A DNA stretch of 64,000 bases, from contig OZ024741.1 of NCBI GenBank assembly GCA_964016885.1, forward strand, positions 202,988,001 through 203,052,000, read 5' to 3'. Every line of letters begins with the position of its first letter. Positions within the stretch are counted from its first letter, which is position 1. Shown here piece by piece: positions 23,929 through 39,218 of the stretch. Position numbers and translations under genes: made by a program. This stretch comes from Eledone cirrhosa. Taxonomy: Eukaryota. Under the pieces are notes generated by a model that saw nothing but the letters and a program-made list of their open reading frames with translations, was not told the origin of the DNA and ran no database searches.

Positions 23929-24130
23929 TCTATATATCTAAAACAGAGAATGTCTGTCTGTCTGACTCCCTAAAACTCGAGAACCGCCCAACCGATTGTT
24001 TTTAAACTTTACACATGTAATACTTATGGTCTTGTGAGTGTTTTGAGCAAAATAAATTACAAATTGTCAATGCCCTAGGGACCGCATTAGGCGATTTAGC
24101 GATCTCTCTCTATAATTCTTAGTCTTTCTT
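23929..24130 (+). mobile_element. Helitron-like 5' end fragment
   Basis: A|TCTATATATCTAAAA followed by (TGTC)n, like the 5' end at 43608; no 3' CTAG seen. Confidence 0.55.
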
Positions 24131-24252
24131 TTTAGATAGATACATAGATAAAATGTTGCGTCCTTATAATATCTGTCTGTATGCCTGACTGTCTGCATTA
24201 CGATATTATGACGCTATATGTGTGTGGGTGTATATATGTATATATATATAGT

Positions 24253-24882
<630 letters not shown>

Positions 24883-24900
24883 TATATATATATATATATA

Positions 24901-26445
<1,545 letters not shown>

Positions 26446-26446
26446 T

Positions 26447-27024
26447 GCATACGTACATACATATATGTATACAGACGTACAGTAGTATGTATATATATAT
26501 ATACATACATGCACACATATATATATGCACGTATGGATTCACCAAACATTTATTACAATGCTCGGTGTGTTTGTAAACAAACATCCCGTATTAAGCCGCA
26601 GTGTCTAGCAACCACCGTTGCTCGTTTGTTCAATACTGACAAAGGAACGCTGTACTAGTTTCAAGCTTGTTAGCTATGGTCAGCAACGTATACCTTACTG
26701 CCAGATAGTTGAACGTCCGTAAGTATATATATGCATATTAACGGCTATATGCATATTAACGGCTGAGTAGCCCAATTTGCATATCGAGTGGGTTAATCGG
26801 CAGGGCGCACCGAAAACGATAAACGGAAAAAATGAAACGAAATTTCATTTCCCACTCTTAGTACGGCTGTTACTTAAATATATGTATGTATACGTACATA
26901 CATATATGTATACAGACGTACAGTAGTATGTATATATATACATACATGCACACATATATATATGCACGTATGGATTCACCAAACATTTATTACAATGCTC
27001 GGTGTGTTTGTAAACAAACATCCC

Positions 27025-27028
<4 letters not shown>
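26447..27028. repeat. ~145-bp direct repeats flanking ~295 bp of unique sequence
   Basis: ATACGTACATAC...AAACAAACATCCCGTAT at 26447-26591 and 26888-27028. Confidence 0.85.
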
Positions 27029-27064
<36 letters not shown>

Positions 27065-27264
27065 TTATTTGTTTGTTGGTTAGAACTGGTCATTCCGGAT
27101 AGAACTGGTCATTCCGTATGGTCAAACTTGATGTAATATTAGGGAGAGCACTTGACGTAATGCAACTCACCCGTCTTCGTTTGTGTACTTGGTGCTGCGA
27201 GTACGGAGTTAATTATTATAAAATAACAGGAGGCTGGACTGGTGTAATTCCTTAAAGATTTATT

Positions 27265-27322
27265 ATACTATGAACATTTGAATGACCGGGTTCAGTATGA
27301 ATCCGGTGACATCATCAGGTAT
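27265..27322 (-). ncRNA. Degenerate hammerhead motif
   Basis: Minus strand ATAC-CTGATGA-tgtcACCGGaTTCA(tac)TGAAcCCGGTcatt-CAAA-TG(tt)CA-TA-GTAT; GAAA changed to CAAA. Confidence 0.55.
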
Positions 27323-27771
27323 TCGAAATTTAACAAAGGAATATAATCCATGGAGCTGAAAAGGCAGAGTGACAAGAAGGCGGCCACCCATTTAGCAGTT
27401 TCTAGTTCGGTCGGCGCTTATATTCTTTGTGGTCACGGTCGGAATGTATGATTTTGCGGATATTGTCATGTGTCCCGCCAGTTTAATTTTTTGTCGTTGA
27501 ACTTGTCTGGTAAGTGACATGTCTTGAGACCGTGTATTGGAATGTATGTATATAGAATACGCAAGTTGGTCTGCAGAAATGTATTGGGCAATGTCGATAG
27601 TGTTTTAGTATACATACATGCATTCATATCTTTCCCTGTATATCTATATATCTCAATGTATACACACACACGAGCCGTGTCTGTGTGTATGCACACCCGC
27701 ATATATATATATATTTGTGTCTGTGTATATATGTGTGTATGTGTGTATATATATATATATATATGTGTGTA

Positions 27772-27833
<62 letters not shown>

Positions 27834-27888
27834 TATATGTATATATACATACACACATACATACACGCACACACACACACGCACCCCC

Positions 27889-27926
<38 letters not shown>

Positions 27927-28289
27927 GTACGTGTGTGTATGCGTTGTATATGTAAGATTGGCATAAATAGAAAACAGAGAGAGAAGGAGATTGAGAGAGT
28001 GGGGGGAGGCTATTTTTTTAGGTGGTTTATTTAATCCGTCACCCAATTTAACACCAGCACCTGGCTCTTCAGTGTCTTTAGTGAATCTCATCCTCTCTTC
28101 CTTCCACCGATCTGAGAGGATGTGAGAAACATCTTGTGGGCTGCCCTTCCTCTTCTGACCCACCCATTAAAAATCAAGAAAGATTCTTTGGGAAAATTCA
28201 GGCGCAAGCATTATCTATATGTCGGAGTAATTCTGAAATTGTAATCTGAATGTGTTGGATCTCCGTCAGATTCGACGACGACTTTTCTA

Positions 28290-28530
28290 GTTGACCGTGC
28301 AACGGAACAGCTTGCTCATGAAATTAACGGGAAATAAATTGGCTGCGAAGTCTTTCCACTGACGTGTACCCTTAACGGGAGATTCAACATGACACTGTGT
28401 AATAAGGCTACCCCTTTGAATTTGAGGTACAACCGTTTTTTTTCCAGTTGAGTGAACTGAAGCAATGTGAAATAAAGAGTCTTACCTGAGGATACAACAA
28501 GCCTTTTGGAATCGGGCAACCTAACCACAG
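28290..28530 (-). mobile_element. SINE family 2 copy
   Basis: Reverse complement of the CORE-like domain and 3' region. Confidence 0.7.
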
Positions 28531-28999
28531 GGACACGCATGGAGGTACAGCACCCCGTTACATAATGTTAGTAATTACATTTAGCAACGATTTCCATAAC
28601 ACTAGTTTTTCGGATAGACTAACTCACATTGTTTTCTTCGGTATCTATCTGTTTATTATTTAGATATGAATGAATCGTATGAACGCTTTAGATATCAAAC
28701 TGCTTGAAATCGCTCTATGTTATACGATGCTAATTTGTTTATTTTAAAGTGTTTATATTTATCTAAAAACCGTCCATCATAATTTACGTTAAATCTTTCA
28801 AAATTCTTGAATATTTTCAAAATACCTGAAATTCACGGGCAGTGTTTTTCACTAAGAATGTAGTATGAAAGGGTGAAGCCAATATGTTCAAAATATAACC
28901 ACATAAATACATTTTCATTTACAGAAGATATTTTCAGATGCCGGCGTAGAAAGATTTAAAAACATATTTACATAATTTTACGTATTATTTTAATGTGTA

Positions 29000-29135
29000 T
29001 ATGAAAGGTAGCAGGTGGTATATTTATGGCCGTATATCTGTTAATGTGAAATGTAGCGGGTGGTATATCAATGGTGGTATTACAGTTAATGTGAAAGGTG
29101 ACAGGTGGTATACTTATGGTGGTATACATCCGTTA
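29000..29135. repeat. Diverged ~45-bp tandem repeat, 3 copies
   Basis: TGAAA.GT..C.GGTGGTATA...ATGG repeated. Confidence 0.7.
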
Positions 29136-29319
29136 TTCAAATCGAAAAATCTGGATATTTAGTCTTGCAATTGACAGGACAAGGAGGGGGTGAAAATGAT
29201 CATACAAGAACTGGCTGCTGCTGATTGAATCATTCATAATTGTTGAGTGCTGAGTTCAGTCTAATTGAACCAAACTCCTTACAAATTAAACCCCCAAAGT
29301 GTGCCCAAACACCTCTATC

Positions 29320-29900
29320 CCAAAGATACGGGCCAGGATGGTATGGAAATGCACTGGATATCAGGTGCTGGCCGCTTCGTGGTTACAGAAGACAGAATCG
29401 AGAAAGCGTTACCGCGAAGTATGTCGAGGGAGCCGCGTTGGAATAGTGATTCCAACTCACGGAGCTCACTCCTTCCAGTGGTCAAATCCGCACTTACAAT
29501 AGTAAATACGGTGGTGGTCCGGGGAAAAGGGAACGCCGGAAGTCTCCGTCGCTATAGGTTCATAGAAAAACCTGTTAATAGAAAAACCCATTGGTCAGTG
29601 GCCGATATTTCGACAACTTGCGATTTTTTACTTTTCGGAGAACAAAGCCTGGGTCTGTCGCCGAAAGCACTTCACTGCCGCTGAAGAAGGTGGTCGCTGC
29701 ATGTTATCTCCTAGATGAGGGGCTTGCCACCGCAAAAGAAGAAGATCGTGATACCGTCAGGCCTTTTATCGTCTCCGCGGTCTATCTTCTTCGCCCCAAC
29801 CCCAAAAGGGAAGCCTGTGACGTCCAAGCCATGCATTACGATCTCGATGAGAGAGGCACGACATGGGTGGCTGCTGGCACTGAAGTGGTATATCTATGTT
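29320..29900 (+). pseudogene. Possible very old non-LTR RT remnant
   Basis: GC-richer block with weak, correctly ordered motifs TGQDG, KGNAGSLRRYRFI, EQSLGLSP. Confidence 0.3.
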
Positions 29901-30906
29901 GTTGCTTTAATTGATATCAACTCAGTTTATTAAAAACGACTCACAATACTTCCGCGGGTGTATTGGGCCTTAAACTCCTGATTGAGTCGTAGGGGGCCGT
30001 AGTGACATGCCACGTGCCTTGAGCATTTAAAACCTGGTTGAATCCATTCCCCTCCAGGTTTGAACAATTTCTTTGAGAGAAAGAACAAAACTTAAAGATA
30101 TATAGAGGAAGAATAGACCCCAGTACCGGATGAAACGTAATGTTAACCTCGGCAGGATTTGAACTCAGATTGCAATGAGCCGGAGCGGATACCCCGAAAT
30201 ATTTTATTTGATGTCCTAACGACTCTGTCACTTCGCATCCTTATCGCAATTCTTATAAATAAATAGTCTAAAAACTTAAGCCGTCATAAGAAAGAAACAA
30301 ATATAGAGAAAGGAGAAATCAAGATCATTTAGTCCAGACATGAAGAAACCTCTTAGAATCTTGCTCCATCACTATTCTCTGACCCTTTACCACCTTTGGT
30401 CCATATTTGACAGTAATTGAACTCTACTTAGCAGTAGCGACAGTAGTTGATCACCGAAGCTGTCTCACCATCATATACTATACTGACAGAATTTAGTTTG
30501 AAATGGCGGTCAAAGATAAACAGACAGACTATAAAGAAAGACGAACGGATGTGTTGGTGTACTGAATTTGCTTCCTTCCTACTTTCAATGGCAGCTGTGG
30601 GCGGAAATAGATAGGTGGTGGTGGGGATACTGCTTAGACAACAGACTTCTCGGCTTCCCGTCATTAAGAGCTTCTGTATCTGCTGTCTGCTGTTACGTAT
30701 ATTTACTGTTTAATACATTTGGAATAGTGGATTATTAATCCATATAGTAATGGTAAGTGGAATCTAGCTTCTCACTAATTGGATCACCTCTGTTATAACC
30801 TAGTAGTTAGGGTGTTGGACACACAATTATAAGGTTGTGGGATTGATTTCTGGACCGGTCATTACGTTGTGTTCTTAAACACGATGCTTCATTTCACGTT
30901 GCTTTT

Positions 30907-31201
30907 CATGATAGGACTATCATTGACCCCCCCCCCCCGAAAAAATCTAGGAGATACAAATTCGTAGGAGGTCAGCCAAACTTACGTAGATGTGAGCTGT
31001 AAAAACAACTGAGGGTCACCTATCAATAAAACACCTGAGAAACGTCCTATAAAAAGCAATCTCGTAGGAGGTAAGCTAAACCTGCATATGTCTGAGCTGT
31101 AACAACAATAACAACTGGAATCCCAATCAATAAAACACCCAAGAAATATCCCATGAGATGCAACCTAAGGTCAGCTAAACACACACAGGTGTGAGTTGTA
31201 A
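30907..31201 (+). repeat. Diverged ~105-bp tandem repeat, 3 copies; one related unit at 54121-54209
   Basis: GGAGGTCAGCTAAAC...GTGAGCTGT, ATCAATAAAACACC. Confidence 0.75.
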
Positions 31202-31536
31202 ATTTCCTTTTTTTTTCTTCTATTTATCAAAACAGCAGTGGGAACGGCGGGCATATTAGAACTCCGAATAATTTTCCGGGTAAATTCTGAATTTAAATTA
31301 TGAACTATGAAGCGAATCAAATAGTGTCTATTTCTCCGGTCTTTGAGATTCTGTGATACGAATCTACAGGCGCCAATTTTCCTGATTTCGGAAACCCTTT
31401 GAAGGACATGGGCACTAAACTATTTAAAAATATAAAGATTAATTAGAATTTAAAAAAAAAGTATATTATTTTTTGAGTGACGTGATGTGATAGGCAAATA
31501 AGCAATCTTGCACAATATATAAAATACATAAAAGTG

Positions 31537-31750
31537 TGGTGGGTTGGCAGGCTTGGTAGAGCGTCGGATAAAATGCCCTGTGATATTTAGTTAAGGTTCT
31601 TTACATTCTGAGTTCAAGTCTCGCCGATGTCAACTTTGCCTTTCATCCTTCTGGGGTCTATAAAATAAAGTGCCAGTCAAGTACGGGGATTGATCATTCT
31701 TTGTCATTCCTCCAAATTTGCTGGCCTCGTGCTTAAATTAGAAATCAATA
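31537..31750 (+). mobile_element. SINE family 1, older copy
   Basis: Head and middle domain. Confidence 0.75.
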
Positions 31751-31809
31751 TGATACAAAAATGATGTAAATATTATAAGCTAAGCTGGGTTTGGATAGCA
31801 TGTTGAACC

Positions 31810-32045
31810 CGTTCGACGACAAGTGTTCCAGTTGCTTCAAGAGTGGAACAGCCTGCTTTTGAAATTAACGTGCAAGTGGCCTAGTATTCCTTCCATTGAC
31901 ACGTGTATTCTTAACGTAGTTTTCGGAATGAGACAGTATTTGACAAGATTAGCCCTTTGAATTACAAGTACAACACTTTTTTCTAACTATTGAATTTGAG
32001 CAACGTGAAATAAAATGTCTTGCTCAAGGACACAATGCACCGCTA
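31810..32045 (-). mobile_element. SINE family 2 copy
   Basis: GAGCAACGTGAAATAAAATGTCTTGCTCAAGGACACAA. Confidence 0.75.
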
Positions 32046-32450
32046 AGAGAAAAGTAGAAAAAATTAAAATATGTAAAGCAATGTTGAAAATATCAGTCTA
32101 TTATATTAATGATGTTATATCGATCTTAAGGGGTCGATAAATTAAAGCACCAGTAACCCACTGGGGTCGATTTAATTGACTTTCCCCTTCAGAAACCATT
32201 ATTATCAATATCAGTAAAGTATCGGTCACATGCTTCACAACATAGAGTTACGGCTCTTTATGTACGGAGTTCAAATCCCGCCCAGGTTAGCTTTACCTTT
32301 CATACTTACAGAGTCAATAAAATAAACTCCCAGTAAAACACCGGAGTCGATTTAATCGACTCCCCCTTCCCTTCAAATTGTTGACTCTGTGTCTACGTTG
32401 GAAAGGGGATGGTAGATGTGTGTGTGTGTGTGTGTGATAGATAGAGATAG

Positions 32451-32481
<31 letters not shown>

Positions 32482-32877
32482 GATAGATAGATAGAGAGAG
32501 AGAGAGGGGGAGAGAGAGTGAGAGAGAGAGAGAGAGGGTGGGAGAGAGAGAGAGAGAGAGAGAGAGCAGGAGAAAAACTAATTGATATTGTAATGCAGGT
32601 GCTAAAACTATTATCAACTAACATATACGATAATGCGTTACCTAAATCGGTATTGCCGAATAAAATGTCTTATATTTAGTTAAAATCCCTTTACGTTTTG
32701 AACTCAAATACTAACAGATCTATTTGTCTTTCCTCCAGCCGGGGACTGATAAAATAAATAACAACCATATTCTAGCTCCATTAAGTTGACAGACCTACCA
32801 CACGTAGTATGTGACCATGTATGTGTGTTTGTGTATGTGTGCGTATATACGTATATACGTATATATATGTATATATA

Positions 32878-34030
32878 TATAACGAAGGAAATGTGGTAAG
32901 GAACCAGGTGGACCATAACGCACCAAAGTACTCATACTTAGGGTAGTAGAGTGGGTAATAGGAACGAGTAGGACCCCGACGGCTGAGCTCAAGCCGTTTC
33001 GACGGCTAATTCTGGACTAAATGAACATTTTTATCCTGGTATATGAATAGCCGAGCTTCTCAGGAGGTAATTCCATATATGGTAAAAGTGATTGTCACAA
33101 GGATTGGTCAAAGTTTGTTGTGGAGACACATAATTCTATCATGGGAACATCAAACCATCCTAGGAACATCAGCAATAACCTGGTTAAAAACATCTCCCTC
33201 CGCATATCTCGTTTGTCCGCTAATGAGCAGATATTCGAGGAACATGCGCCTTATTACAACCAGGCCCTCAAGCGGAGTGGTTTCCGGGAGGAAATATCCT
33301 ACTGTCCAGCTTCCATTAGCGGAACCAGCAGGCGATACCGCCGCTCACGCAATGTAACATGGTTCAATCCTCCCCACAACGCCGAGGTGACAACTCCTAT
33401 CGGGAAAATCTTCTTTAGGCTCATCGAAAAACACTTCCCACTACAACACCGCTACCACAACATAATCAACAAAAATACCATCAAACTCTCCTACAACACC
33501 ACACCAAACTTTTCACAAAACATCGTCTCCTCTAACAACAAAACACTCAACCCCTATGGAAGAAATAACCTAAATAGCAGTGGAGAGCCGACCAGGAGGT
33601 GCAACTGTCCTGATGGATCCATTTGCCCCCCTCGACAACAGATGCAGAAATCGTAATGTGATCTACCAGTGCAACGTGAGGACGGACACCTCCAACAAAG
33701 CTTATATAGGATTAACCGCATGTGACTTCAAGACCCGGCTATACCAACACAGACATACTTTCCGAAACCCGGCCCGGCGTCACGCCACCACACTTTCGGG
33801 CCACATCTGGGACCTCAAAGATAACAATATTACCTATGATCTCACTTGGAGCTTACTGTCCAGAGCCAACTCTTACACGGGAGGACGCCGTCCGTGCAAT
33901 TTATGCTCGGAGGAAACTTTACAAATGTTGTTTTCGACGGACCAACTCCTAAACAAGAAAGACGAACTGGTAACTGCATGCAAACACAGATTGCGTAGGA
34001 CTTACCTCGCCCTCAAACCCCATAATGACC
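32878..34030 (+). mobile_element. Penelope-like element: inverted pLTR piece plus RT thumb and GIY-YIG
   Basis: SNHP..I..N....ISLRISRLS, WFNPP, CNC..CPL, VIYQC...YIGLT..FKTR...H, CNLCSEE, LLNKKDE; frameshift near 33630. Confidence 0.92.
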
Positions 34031-35304
34031 CGGGGGGGGGGGGGTTAGACAAGGGATGTAACACCCCACTTGCCGACTTTGTAATGGGTACATTTACATA
34101 TATATATTATTTTTATATATGTGGCTTTGTGTGTATAATTGAAATCAATATTATAACTGGAGTAAAATATCCGTAGATTTGAGTAAATATCTGGAAAAAT
34201 CTGCAAAAAATAAGATATCATTAGAAAAATAAGATGGAAACAGCTGAGCAATGGGGCTGAAGGACTTAGTTCAGGTGTGCTTTAGGAACGGCTTCAACGA
34301 AAGTGGTTGCGTAAGGTTGGCAGCTGTGTTTGGCCAACCATTAGGCTAATATCAACAAACTATATTCACCAGGATCAATTAAACATTAATGTTATTTTTT
34401 CTCAAGCAGCAACACGATAAAATTACAAGAAAAATAAACAGGATTATATCAGCTGTCTTTTAACTCTTCCTGCTAAACTTCAACGTATCTAGTAATGAGT
34501 TGAGCAGGAAGATTTACCACAACTCTTAATATGGGTCTTCAATAGCCACCACTCACCAACTGTTGTCTATATTGTGACGTTATATACATTGTTTATACAT
34601 AAACGGAACCTTAGATAGGCAGCAATCACCAATGTTGTTTCCTTTAAAGATATATATTAAAGGTATGATAGAGGGACAGTGTTAGCAATGGAAAGATCAA
34701 TGAAAACATTGTTTATTCGATCCGATTTAATGATCAGCTCTTCTTTTTTAAACACACCTTCAGAGAAATGTTAATGCTTATACATACACTGGTACACTTT
34801 TAGTACACTTTATCGACAATGGAAGAATCATAAGTTAATCTAATATCAAGGCGGTACTAATTATAAGGCTGACTAGACTGAAGCCTCGGCCATGGGTTAA
34901 TAAGCCTCTGCCTCTGTCAGCCTCTCTCTCTCTCTGTATATTTCTCTGTTTTTGTCTCTCTGCCCCACTGTCTCTGTACCCCATCTCTCTCTTTCACTCT
35001 CTGTCTCTCACCCCCTCTATCTCCATTTCTGTCTCTTTCTCTATTTTTCTGTCACTGTTTCTGTCTGTCACTCGCTCTCCCTCTCTGTCTTTCGCTCTTT
35101 CTCTGTATCTTTCTCTGTCTCTCTTTTCCTCTTACTTGTGATCAGGGCTGCACCATTCATAAAGCTGACTGTTGGGAATCAAGGAGCCTAGGTATGATTT
35201 AATAGTATTTGAATTTGGAACCTCGAGATAAAAATAAAAATTATAAACGACCACAGCCTCTGAGTAGTAGTCAGAACGAATAAATAACATCTAGATGTTA
35301 TTTA

Positions 35305-35365
35305 TTCATTCTGACGACTGAAGACAGACACAACATCTGCCTTCAAGAAACCACTGGTAAATGAA
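35305..35365 (+). ncRNA. Type I hammerhead motif preceded by a short fold-back (35269-35316)
   Basis: TTCATT-CTGACGA-cTGAAGaCAGA(cacaaca)TCTGcCTTCAa-GAAA-CCA(c)TGG-TA-AATGAA. Confidence 0.78.
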
Positions 35366-35756
35366 ATAATTATCTTATGTTGTTTATTACATAACTAAAT
35401 ATATATACATATATATATATATAGTGTATTTAGAAATAAAAAGGAAAGCACAAACGGGGAACAGTCCCTTCAGTCACAGACATTACAACGCATTAAAGAC
35501 AATATGTCTAACTCCAGTGCGTCAATAACTTGTGAAAGTCATTGGGGAAGGAAAAAAGGAGAGGGAAAAAAAAATTAAACAGAAGAGAAAAAAAGAAAAC
35601 GAAAACGCAGAGAACATACTGAAAAAGTGGGGAACATGAGATACATACTGCTGTCACCCTTTCAAGAAATGTTCGGAAAGTGAGATAATCTAAAATCTGT
35701 ACACGCAGATATAAACATTTTAGAATATCTCAGTTTCCGATGATCCCTTTAAATGG

Positions 35757-35934
<178 letters not shown>

Positions 35935-37200
35935 TAAGCGAAACCACAATGCTAGCCAACTTGAAAAGCAACGCGAAAAACTTATGATTTTCTTTAAAAA
36001 CGTAGGACTTGACATAGAGATAGAACGGACATCTAGAACCGCTAACTTTGTTGATGTGATCCTAGAACTAGACACTGAATTGTACCAACCATACCATAAA
36101 CCAAATAAAAGTATCTCCGGTGTGTAAATTACACTCCAACCACCCTAAGTCAGTGCTAAATTCCATCCTTAAGAGTGTATCCGACAGAATATCTGCTCTG
36201 TCGGCTAATGTTGAAATATTCAACCAACATGCCGATAATCATAACAAGACACTGACTAGGGTTGGTTATACTGAACCCATTAGGTTCAACAGTCATCGGG
36301 ACCGTGATCGGCTTATTATGACTCCAGACGCACACATATGAGGAACCATGACCATGTACCAACCTATGACGGCAGCAAAACACCCGACAACCAGATACGA
36401 CCAAACCAACACAGAACTCCTCGGCTCGCACCTATGGAAGTAACGGTCCCACCAGAAACGACGCGCCTACCGGAGGTAATCAGGTTGATTATAACAACTC
36501 CATAAAAATGGACCGGAACAACAATGGTTATCCTACTGACCATAAACAAGCTAACAGAAAGAACCAAGCCAATACTTACGTCAGCAACACTACTTCCGTG
36601 ACTAATACCTATCATACCAATCCCGATAACAACGATACTGGTTGCCACCGCAAGGAAGGAACCAACCAGGCCTGGACTTGCCGCCCAACATAAAATTAAC
36701 AGTCGGCTCGCAGACATGAACCACGTGGGGAGCAAAAGGGGAAAACTCTGCAACCGCAACCACGCAGCCATAATAATAAATTCGGAACGGGCCAATCTCT
36801 CAATCATGCCCATACCAGCCATCGCGGTGACAGCCGTAGCCACCAAAACATTGAGCTGAGAGACCGCGTGATTGCCAAAACCCATGCTTGTCCGACCTCC
36901 ATATAACCCGCCTAACCCTACACAACAGATAGACCACGCTCCGTGATCTGGTTCAATCCGTTCTATTCCAGACATGTCCGAACTAACAACTCCGAAAACT
37001 TCTTTAGGGCACTCGACCAGTGCTTCCTCGTACCCACAAACACCTCAGGATCTTCAATAGGCACACTGTCAAGTTCTTGTTTTCGACAACGAACTTTGAG
37101 AACTTGATAATGGCCATCAACAGCAAAAAGATACGGAAAATAACCAGTCACGGTGACAACTCCACACCGACCACTCAAATCATCGGACAGTTACCAATGG
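35935..37200 (+). mobile_element. Decayed Penelope-like fragment with a long internal linker
   Basis: NFVDVILEL...PYHKPN, HSNHPKSVLNSI...RISALS, then WFNP (~36949), IFNRHTVK; cut off by a Tx1-type tail at ~37215-37250. Confidence 0.8.
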
Positions 37201-37269
37201 ACTTACCCAAACTACCCTGTGTGGCTAATAAAGAAATCATTATTATTACTATTGTTGTTATTATTATTG

Positions 37270-37455
37270 TGGATTGGCAGAATCGGTAGAGGGTCGGACG
37301 CCACGCTTTGCAGCATAGAGTTACGCCCCTTTAGGGTTTCAGTTCAAATCGCGCCCAGGTTAACTTTGCCTTTCATCCTTACGGGGTAGATAAAATAAAG
37401 TACCAGTAATGTACTAGGAAAATTGCTGGCCTTGTGCCAAAAGTAGAAACAATAG
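37270..37455 (+). mobile_element. SINE family 1 copy
   Basis: Head, middle domain and tail. Confidence 0.85.
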
Positions 37456-37805
37456 TTATTGTTATCAATATTATTTTTATTATAATTATCACATTCAGTA
37501 TTGACAAATTCATTCACCCATTTATTTATTTATTTATTTATTTACTTGGTGACGTGGAGCTTTCGGCTACTGTAGTTTGTTTACTGAGGATTATCATTAC
37601 AAATCTGCTGACCCTATACTGGGTCAAATACTGAACAGTGATTAACTCCACAGCCCCCTCCCTCCTAAACGGTCATTGTTTTACTTTCTGTTTACACTCC
37701 CACACTACCCACAAAAACAATATTTTGAATGTCCAGCTCACATATCAACACACACACACGCACACATATAAACACCTCAGTTAGAACCAAACGTACAAAT
37801 ACGCA

Positions 37806-37884
<79 letters not shown>

Positions 37885-38424
37885 GAATAGATGCATACGC
37901 ACATGAAAATATGTGTATATATACGTACAAGAGAAGCCCTGTCTATGCACTCAAACACTATCATACGACCACATACACGAAAAAAAATAGGGTCGATAGT
38001 TATATATACCCATCATCTCACCAATCACAACAAACACTATGAGATGATGGTATATATAACCATCGGTCCTATTTTATTTGTGCATGTGGGCGTATTCTTT
38101 GTTGAATCGCCAGTCTGAGGAACAGATCGATAATGGAGTCGGGTTCATAACTTCCATGGGTCACGCACAGCCAATCCTCTGCGAAACGCCCGTAACAGGC
38201 CGATACACAATAAAAAACTAAATACATATAAATAAAACTTCATCTTCCTTATTATCTACACTCTGCCTGTGCATCGAGTGCTCATTTTGGTCCCACCACC
38301 AGTAATTCACTGAAACACACACACATACACACATGTATGTATGTATGTATATATGTATGTATGTATGTATGTATGTGTATGTATGTATGTATGTATGTAT
38401 GTATGTATGTATGTATGTATGTAT

Positions 38425-38868
38425 GCTCTTAAGAGTCAATGGCCATCCAAAATCACCAGGAGAGATGACCCCTTAGCTTTTGTCAAGGCAGAATTCTAGG
38501 AGAAGGAAAACTCTGATATAACACCTGCAACCCTGATGGTATCCAATGATGTTGCCTTGTTCTTCTTTTTGGTAAATATCATCTTGGTTAAAAGAGTGGG
38601 ACTGGCTTTGTGCAGTGCCTTTGCTCACTATAAAAGCTTCACGGCACAGGCATTGCTTTATATCTGGAGATCTCTCTGCACTTGTCGTCACATGGTACCA
38701 TGGGCCCAGCACTATGTGTCAATAATTGTCACAAGTGTAGTGTTTGTACCAGAGTTTTCAAGTCGCTGGCTGGACTAAAAAGTCACACTCGTTCAGCGCA
38801 TCGGTAGGGGTTCTCCTACATGGATATAAAGTAGTGGCCGTACTCGAAAACGAGTTGGCAGCCACCAT
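38425..38868 (+). mobile_element. Bipartite RTE-derived non-autonomous element in (ATGT)n
   Basis: RTE-5'UTR-like CTAGGAGAAGGAAAACTCTGATATAA joined to C2H2 finger CSVCTRVFKSLAGLKSHTRSAH* (38736-38807); homolog at 53142-53476. Confidence 0.7.
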
Positions 38869-39056
38869 GTATGTATGTATGTACGTATGAATGTATGTAT
38901 GTGTACATGTATGTATATGCACGCTGGTTCTTAATCTTTCATTAAAGTGACAGCTTATTATTTTTAACTACCCTTCACTTAAATTCAATCTGTTTCTTAA
39001 AGTAATTTACCCAGTTGTTTGTATAGAAATTGTTCCAGTACCTGTCTACCATTATT

Positions 39057-39218
39057 CGGACGCCATGCTTTCTAGCATAGTTACGTCCCTTTACAGACTG
39101 AGTTCAAATCCCACCGAGGTTAACTTGGCCTTTCATACTTACGGGGTCGATAAAATAAAGTACCAGTAATGTACTGGATAATTGCTGGCCTTGTGCCAAA
39201 TGTAGAAACAATTATTAC
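39057..39218 (+). mobile_element. SINE family 1 copy
   Basis: B-box, middle domain and tail. Confidence 0.8.

Noticed and set aside
36364-36975. 203-aa hydrophobic ORF
   Set aside because: Antisense to the A/C-rich PLE insert; compositional artefact
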